Assembly (NCBI GenBank): GCA_030647555.1 | Contig: JAUSJG010000004.1 | Span: 36,661-100,660 of the forward strand | From: a bacterium | Lineage (GTDB): Bacteria; Patescibacteriota; Andersenbacteria; UBA10190; CAIZMI01 | Direction of reading: 5' to 3' | Length of the DNA: 64,000 nucleotides | In this document: piece after piece, positions 1-10,270 of the stretch | How positions within the stretch are numbered: position 1 is the stretch's first letter | How the letters are laid out: every line of letters starts with the position of its first letter | Position numbers and translations under genes: made by a program | The notes under the pieces: model-generated | Told to the model about the DNA's origin: nothing | The model's input: only the letters and a program-made list of their open reading frames with translations | Databases searched by the model: none

Positions 1-51
1 TATACTGGCTAAAATTTGGAACCGGCGTTAAAATGTTGTTGACACAAATAA

Positions 52-606
52 ATGATAGACATTTCAAATATTCCAAAAAAGCTGGTATATAGTATTTCTT
101 CGATTGCTGTTGTGGGCATCCTTTTTGGTGCCTATTTTGCCACCAGGGGCAATATCCAGCCAATTGGCGATATACCAGTCGCGACGGTTAAACCCAATGG
201 CGAGAATAATACTTTTGGCAGTACGTTTAGTAATTTTATTCTTGGAAGATCGGCAGATGGCTCGGCAATAGGCAGTAAAACACCGCTTGTAAGGGCCACA
301 AAATTTAGTGCCGGAGAGAAAGTTGGGCTTAGAGTTCAAACCAGCAGTGAGGTAGTTGTCGCGTTTCCCATTGAATTGAGATTTTTAAGGCAAGATTCTA
401 GTGAGGAGACTCCATCGCTTCAACCATTTCGCCAAAAATTTTCGATTAAACCGGGTTTAAGAAGCTATTGTTGTCTCACTATCCCAAAAGAAGCCGGAAA
501 CTTTAGTATTGGTATTTTGAGAAATAATTCATTTGTTGGTTCGATTGCAAATATTGTTGTTGTACCTGCCAAAGTAGATGAGGGTGGATCAATTTTTGGT
601 TTGTAA
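52..606 (+). CDS. hypothetical protein with N-terminal membrane anchor
   Basis: 184-aa ORF with one hydrophobic N-terminal helix; stop is convergent with fmt; no recognised motif. Confidence 0.7.
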   Translation: MIDISNIPKKLVYSISSIAVVGILFGAYFATRGNIQPIGDIPVATVKPNGENNTFGSTFSNFILGRSADGSAIGSKTPLVRATKFSAGEKVGLRVQTSSEVVVAFPIELRFLRQDSSEETPSLQPFRQKFSIKPGLRSYCCLTIPKEAGNFSIGILRNNSFVGSIANIVVVPAKVDEGGSIFGL

Positions 607-609
607 AAA

Positions 610-1599
610 TTATTTACGGACGAAGTCTAAATCTAATCCTGAAATCAAAATTTCACGGTGACCGAGAATATAATCGCGTGCCGGCATTTTATTTTTATTT
701 TGTGGCTGTACGGTAATAATATCTAGCGCACTATTTTCGCCACAGCACACTGATAAAACACCGGTTGTATTAATAAAAGTATCGCCAGGAATTCTTCCTG
801 ATGTATCTGCGGAAGATAAACGCGCTTCGTGAATTTTTAGAAGTGAATGATTAGATTTTAACGTTGTCCAGGCAATTGGCCAGGGTTGAAAAGCACGGAC
901 TTGTCGTTCGATCTTCTGTGCTGTTTGAGACCAATTTATTTGACCATCATTCTTTGAAAGTTTTTTACAAACGCTAATGCCTTCATGTAATTGGGGAACA
1001 GGCTTAATTTCTCCGACAATGAGCCGTGTGAGTGTTTTGACTAACAAAACACCACCGATATTGGAGAGTTTTTCGCTAAGGGTGCCTGCTGTGTCGCTTG
1101 GTGCAATCTTGACTTCTTCCTGACTAAGAATAGGGCCGGTATCCATCCCGGCATCCATTTGCATAATACTTACGCCAGTAATTATTTCATCCGATAAAAT
1201 GGCGGCCTGAATGGGGGATGCACCGCGATACTTTGGGAGCAGTGATCCATGGACGTTGATTGATCCGAATTTTGGTAAGTTGAGCAGGGTTTTAGGTAAT
1301 ATTTTTCCATATGCAACGACAATAAAAATATCGGGATGTATCGCCGATAATTTATTAAAAAATTCGGTATCGTTAAGATTTTCCGGTTGCAAGGTTGAAA
1401 TTTTATTTTCATTCGCCCATTTTCCAATGACGTTCCGAGAGATTTTTTTTCCTCTTCCAAACGGCTTATCCGGCTGAGTTACAACAGCGACGATATTAAA
1501 TGGCGTATCGTAAAGGCAAATGAGCGAGGGGAGCGAAAATTCCGCGGAACCAAAAAAAACTACACGGATTTTCGTATTGTTTTCTTTATTCATTGCCAA
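610..1599 (-). CDS. fmt: methionyl-tRNA formyltransferase
   Basis: VVFFGSAEFS, VVTQPDKP, INVHGSLLPKYRGASPIQ, MDAGMDTG; follows def. Confidence 0.97.
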   Translation of the reverse strand: MAMNKENNTKIRVVFFGSAEFSLPSLICLYDTPFNIVAVVTQPDKPFGRGKKISRNVIGKWANENKISTLQPENLNDTEFFNKLSAIHPDIFIVVAYGKILPKTLLNLPKFGSINVHGSLLPKYRGASPIQAAILSDEIITGVSIMQMDAGMDTGPILSQEEVKIAPSDTAGTLSEKLSNIGGVLLVKTLTRLIVGEIKPVPQLHEGISVCKKLSKNDGQINWSQTAQKIERQVRAFQPWPIAWTTLKSNHSLLKIHEARLSSADTSGRIPGDTFINTTGVLSVCCGENSALDIITVQPQNKNKMPARDYILGHREILISGLDLDFVRK

Positions 1600-1602
1600 G
1601 CC

Positions 1603-2061
1603 CTAGAAGAGAATTCTATTCTCTTGATAGTTCGAGATTAAGATTCCGTTTGTGTGATCAATCTCGTGTTGAAATATTTTTGCCAACATATCCTTTGCTT
1701 TAATTTCGATAGTTTCTCCTTTTTCGTTCATGCCGGTGATAATAATTTTTTTTGGTCTGGAAATTTTAACAAAGTAGTCCGGAACTGAAAGGCAACCTTC
1801 CTCGAGGGCGGAAGTTCCGTTTGATGACCATTTAATTTCCGGGTTAATTATGGCGTATGGCTCTTTTTCGAAATTGATAACTATGACCCGAAGTGAAGCA
1901 CCAATTTGCGGGGCCGCCAAACCGATCCCATTGGATGCAATGACCGTATCTTTCATATCTGCTATTAAACCCTCTATTTCCGAGCTTAAGGGGCGTGAAA
2001 CCATTTTGCCTGGTGCAGAAAGGATCTTGTTAGGAGCGTGGAGAATTGATCTTATTGACAT
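1603..2061 (-). CDS. def: peptide deformylase
   Basis: GIGLAAPQ, EGCLS and QHEIDH motifs; likely start MSIRS at 2061. Confidence 0.96.
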   Translation of the reverse strand: MSIRSILHAPNKILSAPGKMVSRPLSSEIEGLIADMKDTVIASNGIGLAAPQIGASLRVIVINFEKEPYAIINPEIKWSSNGTSALEEGCLSVPDYFVKISRPKKIIITGMNEKGETIEIKAKDMLAKIFQHEIDHTNGILISNYQENRILF

Positions 2062-2188
2062 ACTTATTCCTGTACATTGTAATTCAAGCCCGATTTTTCG
2101 CAATAGGTTAGTGGTTTTATTGGACGAAGTCTGAAATTTTGCTTTTATTCTAGTGCGTAACTATGATTGAGATTGTGATCAAATACGC

Positions 2189-3301
2189 ATGAAAATTCTA
2201 ATTGTAGCGCCATATTTTTATCCCGCGTATGTATACGGGGGACCAATTGACGTTGAATATCAGACCGGCAAGGCTTGGGTGGAACAAAACCAAACAGTAA
2301 CGGTTGTATCCACAAATGCGAACGGTAAAAAAGATATGGAGTTAAATAACGAATTTCCGGTTTATGTCGCGGGAATGTCAGTATATTATTGCAAAAGGTC
2401 GTGTTTGTCGGCGGTGTCATGGCGGATGCTGGTTGTTCTTTTCCAGCAAATTAAAAAAACCGATATTGTTGCACTTCATTTTGTGTATTCATTTCCAACC
2501 ATTCCGACAATAATTTTATGTAAAGTATTTAAAAAAGAATTATTATGGCGTCCGCATGGGGCACTACAACGGTGGTCGGGAACAAAAAAACAATGGCTAA
2601 AAAATATATGGAACGAAATTTGTAAAATATTGCTTCCGGAGAGTACGCATATTTTATTTACTTCAATGGCAGAATGGGAAGAATGTAAAAAAATATTTCC
2701 GAACTCAAAACCACTCATTGTGCCAAATGGCGTTGTTGTTCCATTGGCGGAACCTGTCAAAATATTTTCAAAAAAGATTCGTCTTCTGTTTCTGGGTAGG
2801 ATTGATCGGATAAAAGGATTAGAAAACTTATTGATGGCCATAAGAATGATTGATCAAGAAAAGTTTACGTTGGACATCTGCGGCGACGGTGCAAGCTCGT
2901 ATATCAATGAAATAAAACAAAAAATCGAGGAATATCATATTAGTGATCGGGTGTTTATGCGTGGGGAGGTTTCTCGTGAAAACCTTGCACAAACATTTGC
3001 GAAGGCAGATTTTTTAGTAGTTCCTTCGCATACGGAAAATTTTGGTCAGGTTGTTGTTGAGGCCCTGGCTCACGCGGTGCCGGTGATCGCCTCAAAGGGG
3101 TCGCCATGGGAAAAAATGGAAGAAATTGGTTGTGGTTTGTGGGTCGAAAACGATCCAAAAAGTTTGGCCGCCGCAATCATAAAAATGAGCAAATTACAAA
3201 TTTTGGAGATGGGAAGACGCGGTAGAACTTGGATGCAGAAAGATTTTGATTGGTCGCAAAATGCAAAAAAAATATTGCCAGTTCTGGAAACCCGTAACTA
3301 A
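2189..3301 (+). CDS. glycosyltransferase family 4 (GT-B)
   Basis: MKIL N-terminus, LFLGRI..IKG, PSHTENFGQVVVEAL. Confidence 0.92.
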   Translation: MKILIVAPYFYPAYVYGGPIDVEYQTGKAWVEQNQTVTVVSTNANGKKDMELNNEFPVYVAGMSVYYCKRSCLSAVSWRMLVVLFQQIKKTDIVALHFVYSFPTIPTIILCKVFKKELLWRPHGALQRWSGTKKQWLKNIWNEICKILLPESTHILFTSMAEWEECKKIFPNSKPLIVPNGVVVPLAEPVKIFSKKIRLLFLGRIDRIKGLENLLMAIRMIDQEKFTLDICGDGASSYINEIKQKIEEYHISDRVFMRGEVSRENLAQTFAKADFLVVPSHTENFGQVVVEALAHAVPVIASKGSPWEKMEEIGCGLWVENDPKSLAAAIIKMSKLQILEMGRRGRTWMQKDFDWSQNAKKILPVLETRN

Positions 3302-5097
3302 TTTAATTTAATGATATCATTCAAGGAAAGAGGGGCATCTATCGACCACGAACTTGGCACGTACTTTATTGATTCACGTATTATTTGGTGTTGACCTCGA
3401 AAAATAATTTGACCTACAAATTTTGTGCGTCTTTTATAGATCAGAGTATTAATTTTTGTACTTATACAATTTAAACTAATTTTAGCTTTTATTTTAAGTA
3501 TTTCTTTTTGAGCAAGGATTTCGGAGGTGAATTCTTTTTCACATGTCATCAATAGCGCGTATGGTGGGAACCAAAGTTCTTTTCGGTCGCGTAAATCATT
3601 CTTTATTAATTCATCAATCTTATTATTTTTAATATAGTTAATTATTCCTGAAGAGCCATTTGAGTCTTCGATATAAATTAATTTTTCAGTTGAGTTTTTA
3701 ATTAGTCCATATAATCTTTTTAGGGTGATCAGTGTTTCCTCAAGCGCACTAAAGCTTGTGGAATTTACGATGGAGGTAAAATCGGGAATTATGCAATAAT
3801 CAAAAATTTTTGAGTCGATTGTGGAAAAAATCTTTTGTGTCGCGATTACTATATTTGCGTCTACTAAAGATTGCGTCGGGGTGTTAATTTGTTTTGTATC
3901 TCGATCAATTCTTAAAATATTCAATTGAGGAAATTCTCGTTTGAGTGATTGTTCAACAGAGTGTGTCCCATGTTTAAGGGCATTCAATTTTGGGCTGCCA
4001 CACTTGTTGCAAAACGCGCGAAGCGAACCTTTGATGGATTTACATGTTTTGCAAAACAAGTCTCGTGTTTGTCTTTGAAGAATGGTCCCACACTGTTCGC
4101 AACGAAGCGTGTTTCCGCAATCCCTACATACATACAAACTCTCATAACCTATTGCGTTGTGGTATATGAGGATTTTTTTCCCCTGGTTAATATTCAGGCG
4201 AATTAAATTAATCGTTTCCTTTGAAATGAAACTCGACTCATCCCAATTTTTATTAAGAACGATGATATTTTTTAAACCCAAGGACCCAACTTTCATTTTT
4301 CGAGAAGAATAAAGGTCAAAAGAGGGGAGTATAGAAATATGGATTAGGGGAATTTTTTGTAATTTAGATTTTAGGTAGGCGCCAATTCGCGCGTCATAAT
4401 GTGGATGCATATTCCATTGACGGTGAGACGATAGTGCCGGTTCAAGTAAAATAATAGTTACGAGATTTGAAAAAGGAAGGAATATGCCGCTATGAGTAGC
4501 GACGATAACGCATGATTCATTTTTTGTTATTGCTGAAATAGTTTCTGTTTTTTCTTTTTGTGATAATTGGGTGTTGTAGAATAAACAAATTCGCCTATTA
4601 GTTTTACAAACCTCAAGAACCTTATTTCCCATAATAATTTCAGGGATTAAAACCAGTACTTGTCCTGATGGGGCTTCTTTGATGGATTTATCGAGCTCGT
4701 TTTCCTTAAACTTGAATTTTATGGAACCGCGCTTCTTTGGTGAAGTTTGTTTTGGAAAACATAATTCGGTTGAGAATTTTCTATTTAAAACTAGCGTCTT
4801 CGTCACTAGTGACAGCGACTCAAAAGAGGCACAGGAAAACTTTTCCAGCCACTCAATGTCTTTGAGTGTGACAACTTGTTGTTTTTCAACTCCAATTATT
4901 GTTTTTAGATTTGAATAACTGCTTTTAGATTGACGCCAAACTACTCCTTCGATGATACGATTTGCAAAAGGAATTTTTACTAATGTGCCGGGAAAAACAA
5001 AAATATTTTCTGGTACAAGATATGAAAATTTCTGATTACCTTGCGGTGGAAGCGTAACGAGAGGTACAACTTCTACAATTTGGTTAGAAGTGTTCAT
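3298..5097 (-). CDS. priA: primosomal protein N' (PriA-like, degenerate helicase motifs)
   Basis: N-terminal FSYLVP...VKIPFANR; four CxxC pairs (CRDC, CEQC, CKTC, CNKC); GT..VEQ, RIDRD and FPPY; upstream of def-fmt; start inferred at 5097. Confidence 0.85.
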   Translation of the reverse strand: MNTSNQIVEVVPLVTLPPQGNQKFSYLVPENIFVFPGTLVKIPFANRIIEGVVWRQSKSSYSNLKTIIGVEKQQVVTLKDIEWLEKFSCASFESLSLVTKTLVLNRKFSTELCFPKQTSPKKRGSIKFKFKENELDKSIKEAPSGQVLVLIPEIIMGNKVLEVCKTNRRICLFYNTQLSQKEKTETISAITKNESCVIVATHSGIFLPFSNLVTIILLEPALSSHRQWNMHPHYDARIGAYLKSKLQKIPLIHISILPSFDLYSSRKMKVGSLGLKNIIVLNKNWDESSFISKETINLIRLNINQGKKILIYHNAIGYESLYVCRDCGNTLRCEQCGTILQRQTRDLFCKTCKSIKGSLRAFCNKCGSPKLNALKHGTHSVEQSLKREFPQLNILRIDRDTKQINTPTQSLVDANIVIATQKIFSTIDSKIFDYCIIPDFTSIVNSTSFSALEETLITLKRLYGLIKNSTEKLIYIEDSNGSSGIINYIKNNKIDELIKNDLRDRKELWFPPYALLMTCEKEFTSEILAQKEILKIKAKISLNCISTKINTLIYKRRTKFVGQIIFRGQHQIIRESIKYVPSSWSIDAPLSLNDIIKLN

Positions 5098-5599
5098 TGA
5101 TTTTTTCCGTTCCAAAATGATAAAGGCGCAAGTCGGTGATACCGCGATCAATTCCATTCGCACTGCACGTCTCGGCAAGACGTTGTTCCGGTTTTTTATA
5201 TATCGAAGCCGGTAGGGAATAAGCAATTTTGCTCGTTTCCGTTCTTATTAGTAAACCATTTTCTTGTTTTAACTCACTAATATGAGACAGTAGGTGTGGC
5301 GTTTTAATCATCAATAATTCGTAAGTTAAAAATGGTAGATCGTTTTTTCTAAAGGCATACGTTTTTGCCAGGGAAATTGTGTGTGCTTGAATTTCTTCAC
5401 AAATGGTAGATTTAGAAGGAAAAATGGATCCGACTCGTCCCCTCGGTGTTAGCCCAATTCGTTCAAAGACGGCTATAAATATACCATTCTTTGCCCTTGA
5501 GAGCTCGGGCGGTAATTCATAAGGAATTCGGTAAAGCCCTTGCTTCAAGATGTAGTATTCAAAAGTTTTTCGAACAATTTCTATCGACAATTCTCGCAT
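5084..5599 (-). CDS. AMMECR1-domain protein
   Basis: GIFIAV...RGRVGSIFP pattern resembles the AMMECR1 LRGCIG motif; 171 aa. Confidence 0.65.
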   Translation of the reverse strand: MRELSIEIVRKTFEYYILKQGLYRIPYELPPELSRAKNGIFIAVFERIGLTPRGRVGSIFPSKSTICEEIQAHTISLAKTYAFRKNDLPFLTYELLMIKTPHLLSHISELKQENGLLIRTETSKIAYSLPASIYKKPEQRLAETCSANGIDRGITDLRLYHFGTEKINEHF

Positions 5600-5657
5600 A
5601 TCTTAATCTTAACACCCTTAGATTGGGGATAAAAGCAATTTTGTCTATAATGAATAG

Positions 5658-6512
5658 GTGAATATTCATGAGAAATTGATTAACGTGTTTGGTGTACCTG
5701 TCGTTTTGGCGAGAAAACAAGATGTAGTTTTATGGTGCAAGAAAAGAATTACGGCAAACATTAAAACCAGAGTTGTTACTGCTAATCCAGAAATATTATT
5801 ACAGGCTCGTAGCGATGCTTGGTATCATACGGTGGTTCGAACAGCGGACCTTGTTACTCCGGATGGTGCCGGAGTTTGCTGGGCAGCAGTTTTTTGGGGG
5901 TTGGCCGATCAATCGCGCGACGTTTTTGATATTATTAAATTATTCGTGAGTACGTTGTGGGAAGTAGTTTTTGGTAATAAGAACAGTGGATATTTTCCTG
6001 AACGGGTTTCAGGCTCTGACTTGCTTTGGGATATTGCAAAATTGGCCGAACAATTAAATAAAAAAGTATATTTAATTGGCGGGGAAAATGGGACCGCACA
6101 ACGGGCAGCGATGCGTATAAAAGGTGAATGTCAAAACCTAAATATTCAAGCGTTTGGTTTAAATCATGTCGCTACGCCATATTCAGTCTATTCATTGCAC
6201 AATGAAATTGAAAATTTTCAACCGGATATTATCTTTGTGGCGTATGGATCGCCAAAACAAGAGGAGTGGATTAATCAAAATATGCATCGGTATTCCTCGA
6301 TAGGGCTGGCAATGGGCGTTGGTGGAGCATTAGACTTTATTGCCGGTAATACGGTCCGTGCGCCATTGCGTTTGCAAAATCATGCGTTAGAATGGTTTTG
6401 GCGGTTATATCAACGGCCTTCAAGATTTATTCGGGTATTTCGAGCAATTATTGTGTTTCCGGTAATAATTCTTATTTCACAACTTAAAAAGTTTTATGCA
6501 AGAAAAATCTGA
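5658..6512 (+). CDS. WecB/TagA/CpsF family glycosyltransferase
   Basis: VVTANPE, PDGAG, ERVSGSDL, YGSPKQE, GVGGALDFIAG, LEWFWRL. Confidence 0.93.
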   Translation: MNIHEKLINVFGVPVVLARKQDVVLWCKKRITANIKTRVVTANPEILLQARSDAWYHTVVRTADLVTPDGAGVCWAAVFWGLADQSRDVFDIIKLFVSTLWEVVFGNKNSGYFPERVSGSDLLWDIAKLAEQLNKKVYLIGGENGTAQRAAMRIKGECQNLNIQAFGLNHVATPYSVYSLHNEIENFQPDIIFVAYGSPKQEEWINQNMHRYSSIGLAMGVGGALDFIAGNTVRAPLRLQNHALEWFWRLYQRPSRFIRVFRAIIVFPVIILISQLKKFYARKI

Positions 6513-7986
6513 AAATAAACCAAAGGTTCGAGTTCGGTTTCCGCCGTCACCGACAGGATTCTTACACGTGGGAAGCGCAAGAACGGCTTTGTATAATTTT
6601 CTATTTGCCAAATCAAATAATGGCCAACTGATTCTTCGTATTGAAGATACAGACGAAGCGCGTAATAATGCGGACGGGGAGGCGGATATTTTTGAAAGTT
6701 TAAAATGGCTGGGAATTAGTTGGGATGAGGGGCCGGACATTGGAGGACCGTCTAAATCATATAAACAATCCGAGCGCGCGGAGATTTATGAATTGGCCGT
6801 CAAAAAATTACTTAGTACGGGTAAGGCCTATCGTTGTTTTTGTTCACAAGAGCGTCTTGATAAATTAAGGGATGAATGTGAAGCGGTGAAGATGCCTTTT
6901 AAATATGATAATAAATGTAGAGGTATTTCATTGGAGGAAAGTGAAAAGAAGGGTAAGGTCGATAATTTTGTAGTTAGATTAAAAATTAACGAAGGAGAAG
7001 AAGTTATTATTAATGATCTTGTTCGTGGAAAAGTCAGGTTTGCGCCGGGGGCGGTTGATGATTTTGTTCTTTCAAAGGGCACAAATAAAGCTCTCTATCA
7101 CTTAGCGGTTGTCGTTGATGATTATGAGATGAAAATAACTCATATTATTCGAGGTGAAGATGGCCTTAGTAATACGCCAAAACATGTGTTTTTACAGCGC
7201 GCACTTGGATATCAGACACCGATATACGCGCACTTACCGCTATTGCTTGATGAACAAAAGAAAAAACTTTCAAAACGCTCGGGGGATGTTTCCTTATTTG
7301 TAAAAACATTAAGAGAAGAAGAGGGTTATTTGCCGGAAGCAATTATTAACGGGCTGGCGTTGTTGGGGTGGAATTCGAAAACCGAACAAGATTTGTTTAC
7401 ACTAGAAGAGTTGAAAAATGTGTTTAAGTTGGAAAATGTACAAAAGGCCGGGGCTGTTTTTTCACTAGACCGATTGAATTGGTTGAATAAACAACATATC
7501 AGGAAACTCTCTGTCGAAGTTTTAAGGGAAAGAGTAAAACCATTCATGGATAAGGTTGGCGTTAAAGTGGCGGATGATTACTTAATGAGGTTGATCCAAA
7601 TTGAAAGAGAAAGAATTACACTATTAAAGGAAGTTCCCGGGTTGGTTTTGGACACAATAAGTAATCCTGTTTTGGATAGTGAGAAGATTGCGTGGAAAAA
7701 AGATGATAAAAATATAGCAAAAGATGCTTTAGAGTTTTTATTGGATAAAATGGGGCAATTATCCGCAGAAACGTGGTCGGATTTTGAGATGTTACAGTCA
7801 AGTATTATGAAGATTGTCGATAAATCGGAAAAAGGAAGAGCGACAATGCTTTGGCCGATGCGTTACGCACTTTCAGGGAAAGAGAAGAGTGCCGGCCCCC
7901 AGGAATTGGCCTGGTTGCTTGGAAAAGACGAGACTATTAAGCGAATGCGCGAAGCTGTTGTACAGTTAGGGCCTGGTAATAAATAA
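6496..7986 (+). CDS. gltX: glutamate--tRNA ligase
   Basis: RFPPSPTGFLHVG (HIGH-like), LRIEDTD, KKLSKR (KMSKS-like). Confidence 0.97.
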   Translation: MQEKSENKPKVRVRFPPSPTGFLHVGSARTALYNFLFAKSNNGQLILRIEDTDEARNNADGEADIFESLKWLGISWDEGPDIGGPSKSYKQSERAEIYELAVKKLLSTGKAYRCFCSQERLDKLRDECEAVKMPFKYDNKCRGISLEESEKKGKVDNFVVRLKINEGEEVIINDLVRGKVRFAPGAVDDFVLSKGTNKALYHLAVVVDDYEMKITHIIRGEDGLSNTPKHVFLQRALGYQTPIYAHLPLLLDEQKKKLSKRSGDVSLFVKTLREEEGYLPEAIINGLALLGWNSKTEQDLFTLEELKNVFKLENVQKAGAVFSLDRLNWLNKQHIRKLSVEVLRERVKPFMDKVGVKVADDYLMRLIQIERERITLLKEVPGLVLDTISNPVLDSEKIAWKKDDKNIAKDALEFLLDKMGQLSAETWSDFEMLQSSIMKIVDKSEKGRATMLWPMRYALSGKEKSAGPQELAWLLGKDETIKRMREAVVQLGPGNK

Positions 7987-8146
7987 ACACCCCCATCTTA
8001 TGTCCACTCCATCTCTGACTACAACCACTTCTCAATCAAAAATCTTTCAACGTACATTTAGTACGTCTCAAGATTTTGTTCAATCAAAGTGGCTGTATTC
8101 AGAGCGTATTGAACAGAATATGGAGTGTTTATTTATTACCAAGCCC
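7969..8146. mobile_element. MITE copy 1 (178 bp, 22-bp TIR, TTA direct repeat)
   Basis: GGGCCTGGTAATAAATAAACAC ... GTGTTTATTTATTACCAAGCCC with TTA on both sides; diverged reverse-complement copy at 37136-37314. Confidence 0.85.
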
Positions 8147-8154
8147 TTAGGTTA

Positions 8155-9366
8155 ATGGACAATATCAAAATAATAAAAACAATCGGAATCTTGATTATGG
8201 GTTTTGTTTGTTTTGGAATTCCTATCGTCACCCATGCCGATGTTTTGGAAGATCTGCGTCAGCAGATGACGGCCAAAAGAAAAGTAATTGATGAGATAGA
8301 ACAAAAAATTAACGCGTTTAAGTCATCAATCGCGGAGCAACAATTACAAGCAGTTACTTTGTCCGGACAGATTCATGTTATTGATAATGGTGTTAAGAGT
8401 TTAACACTGGAGATCGATAAAACAAATGCGCAAATCTCGGAATTGCAAACCGAAAGTGAAGCGTTAAAAGAGGAAATGCAAGCAGTTGACGCGCAAATTA
8501 AAAATCAAAAAGAGGTGCTACGGGAGTATCTTCGGACTTTGCAAAACCTAGATACAATTAGCAGTGTGCAGGCATTTTTCAAATATGCCACTTTGTCTGA
8601 CGCCATAAACGAAATTCGTTCTGTATATCGGGCGGAACAAAATAGTCAAATAACGCTCGATCGAATTCGTGAATTACAGCAAACACTGAAATCGCGCGAA
8701 GTAACTTTTAAAGATTTCAAAAGAGAACTTGATGGTCTTCAAGCAAGACAAGTAAGTCAAAAAAATATTTTGGGTCAACAGCAAGAAGCAAAAAGTAGAC
8801 TTTTAGTATTAACTCGTGCTCAGGAATTTGAGTATAATAAATTATTGTCTCAATCCATGGCGGCTCAAAAAAGACAAGATGCCGAGATTACGCGTTTAGA
8901 CGCGGCGATTCGTCTGGAGCTGGAAAAACAAGGATATCGCAAGCTTTCCGGTGTCGGTAAATTGGATTGGCCCATAGATCCAATTTTTGGTGTTTCATGC
9001 GGGTTTCATTGTTCCGGGTACCCTTACGCATCAGTAATTGGCGCACACACCGGAACCGATCTGCCGATTGATGTGGGGACACCCATCAAAGCATCCGCGG
9101 ACGGCTATGTTGGAAAAGTGAACATTTCAGCCGGATCCGGTTATTCATACATTTTGCTGATTCATGGTGATAATATATCAACGATTTATGGACACGTTAT
9201 TAATGCCAGCGTTAATGAAGGTTCGTATGTAACCAGAGGGCAGGTTATAGGGCATACGGGTGGTGCTCCTGGCGCGCGTGGTTCCGGACTTTCAACGGGC
9301 CCTCATTTACATTTCGAGGTAAGAAAGAATGGAATTCCGGTTGATGCACAAAATTATTTGCCGTAA
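8155..9366 (+). CDS. M23 family peptidase with coiled-coil stalk (EnvC/NlpD-like)
   Basis: signal-like N-terminus, long coiled coil, HTGTD, YGH, STGPHLHFEVR; start MDNIK at 8155. Confidence 0.92.
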   Translation: MDNIKIIKTIGILIMGFVCFGIPIVTHADVLEDLRQQMTAKRKVIDEIEQKINAFKSSIAEQQLQAVTLSGQIHVIDNGVKSLTLEIDKTNAQISELQTESEALKEEMQAVDAQIKNQKEVLREYLRTLQNLDTISSVQAFFKYATLSDAINEIRSVYRAEQNSQITLDRIRELQQTLKSREVTFKDFKRELDGLQARQVSQKNILGQQQEAKSRLLVLTRAQEFEYNKLLSQSMAAQKRQDAEITRLDAAIRLELEKQGYRKLSGVGKLDWPIDPIFGVSCGFHCSGYPYASVIGAHTGTDLPIDVGTPIKASADGYVGKVNISAGSGYSYILLIHGDNISTIYGHVINASVNEGSYVTRGQVIGHTGGAPGARGSGLSTGPHLHFEVRKNGIPVDAQNYLP

Positions 9367-9379
9367 TTTGGTAACTGAT

Positions 9380-10270
9380 ATGTATAAGCCAAAATTTGTA
9401 GTAATTATTCCAACATACTTGAGGGTGGAAGCGTTGGGGTGCTGTCTTGAAGCTTTGGAAAAGCAAACAATATTACCGGATGAAATAATTATTGTTCGAC
9501 GTGAAAGTGATATTGAAACAAAAGATTTTTTAAATCAATACAATAAAAAAAGGGGTGCGCTAAACACGACTGTCTTTTGTGTGATTGAAGCGGGATTTTT
9601 ACCGCCAATTAAGGAGGGTCTAAAAATGGCGAAGGGCGACTACGTGGGTATTTTGGATGATGATGTTTTAGTTGGTTCTAATTGGGTGGAGACGGGATTG
9701 TTAACCTTTAAAAAAAATGGGCCCTGTCTTGGGGCTATTAATGGGGCATCAATAGGTCAAGACAAGAGCGGAACCGTATTTCCGGCAAGACTTTTTTGGT
9801 TTGGCCGTTTTGCGGTTATAAAAAATAAGTCCATAAGTACTAAAAAAATAAATGGACCAAATGAGGGAAACATGATTATTCGTGGCGAGGTGAGCACGGA
9901 ATTGGATGTCGACATGCGTTTGAATTCCGGTCGGATAGCGCACCATGGTTTGGATTTTGGTTTGCAATTAATTATGCGAGGGTGGGAAATTCAGTATGAG
10001 CCACAACTAAATGCGTATCATCTTGCATTACGAGCACAAAGCGATGTTGACAATCCCCTAAATGTCAGCACCTTTATTCATAATTTAACGCATATAATTA
10101 ATAAGCACTACGGAAAAATTAAATTATTTGTATTTGTGTTTTACAACTTAGTGGTTGGTCAACATGATATGCCCGGCCTGTTGTATGGTTTTTTTAGACA
10201 TGTAACGCCTTCAAAACGTGTTTCCGTTGCGCGACGTGCCTTAATTTTGGAATTATTTCAACGCATATGA
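9380..10270 (+). CDS. glycosyltransferase family 2
   Basis: VVIIPTYLR, GILDDD (DxD). Confidence 0.9.
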   Translation: MYKPKFVVIIPTYLRVEALGCCLEALEKQTILPDEIIIVRRESDIETKDFLNQYNKKRGALNTTVFCVIEAGFLPPIKEGLKMAKGDYVGILDDDVLVGSNWVETGLLTFKKNGPCLGAINGASIGQDKSGTVFPARLFWFGRFAVIKNKSISTKKINGPNEGNMIIRGEVSTELDVDMRLNSGRIAHHGLDFGLQLIMRGWEIQYEPQLNAYHLALRAQSDVDNPLNVSTFIHNLTHIINKHYGKIKLFVFVFYNLVVGQHDMPGLLYGFFRHVTPSKRVSVARRALILELFQRI

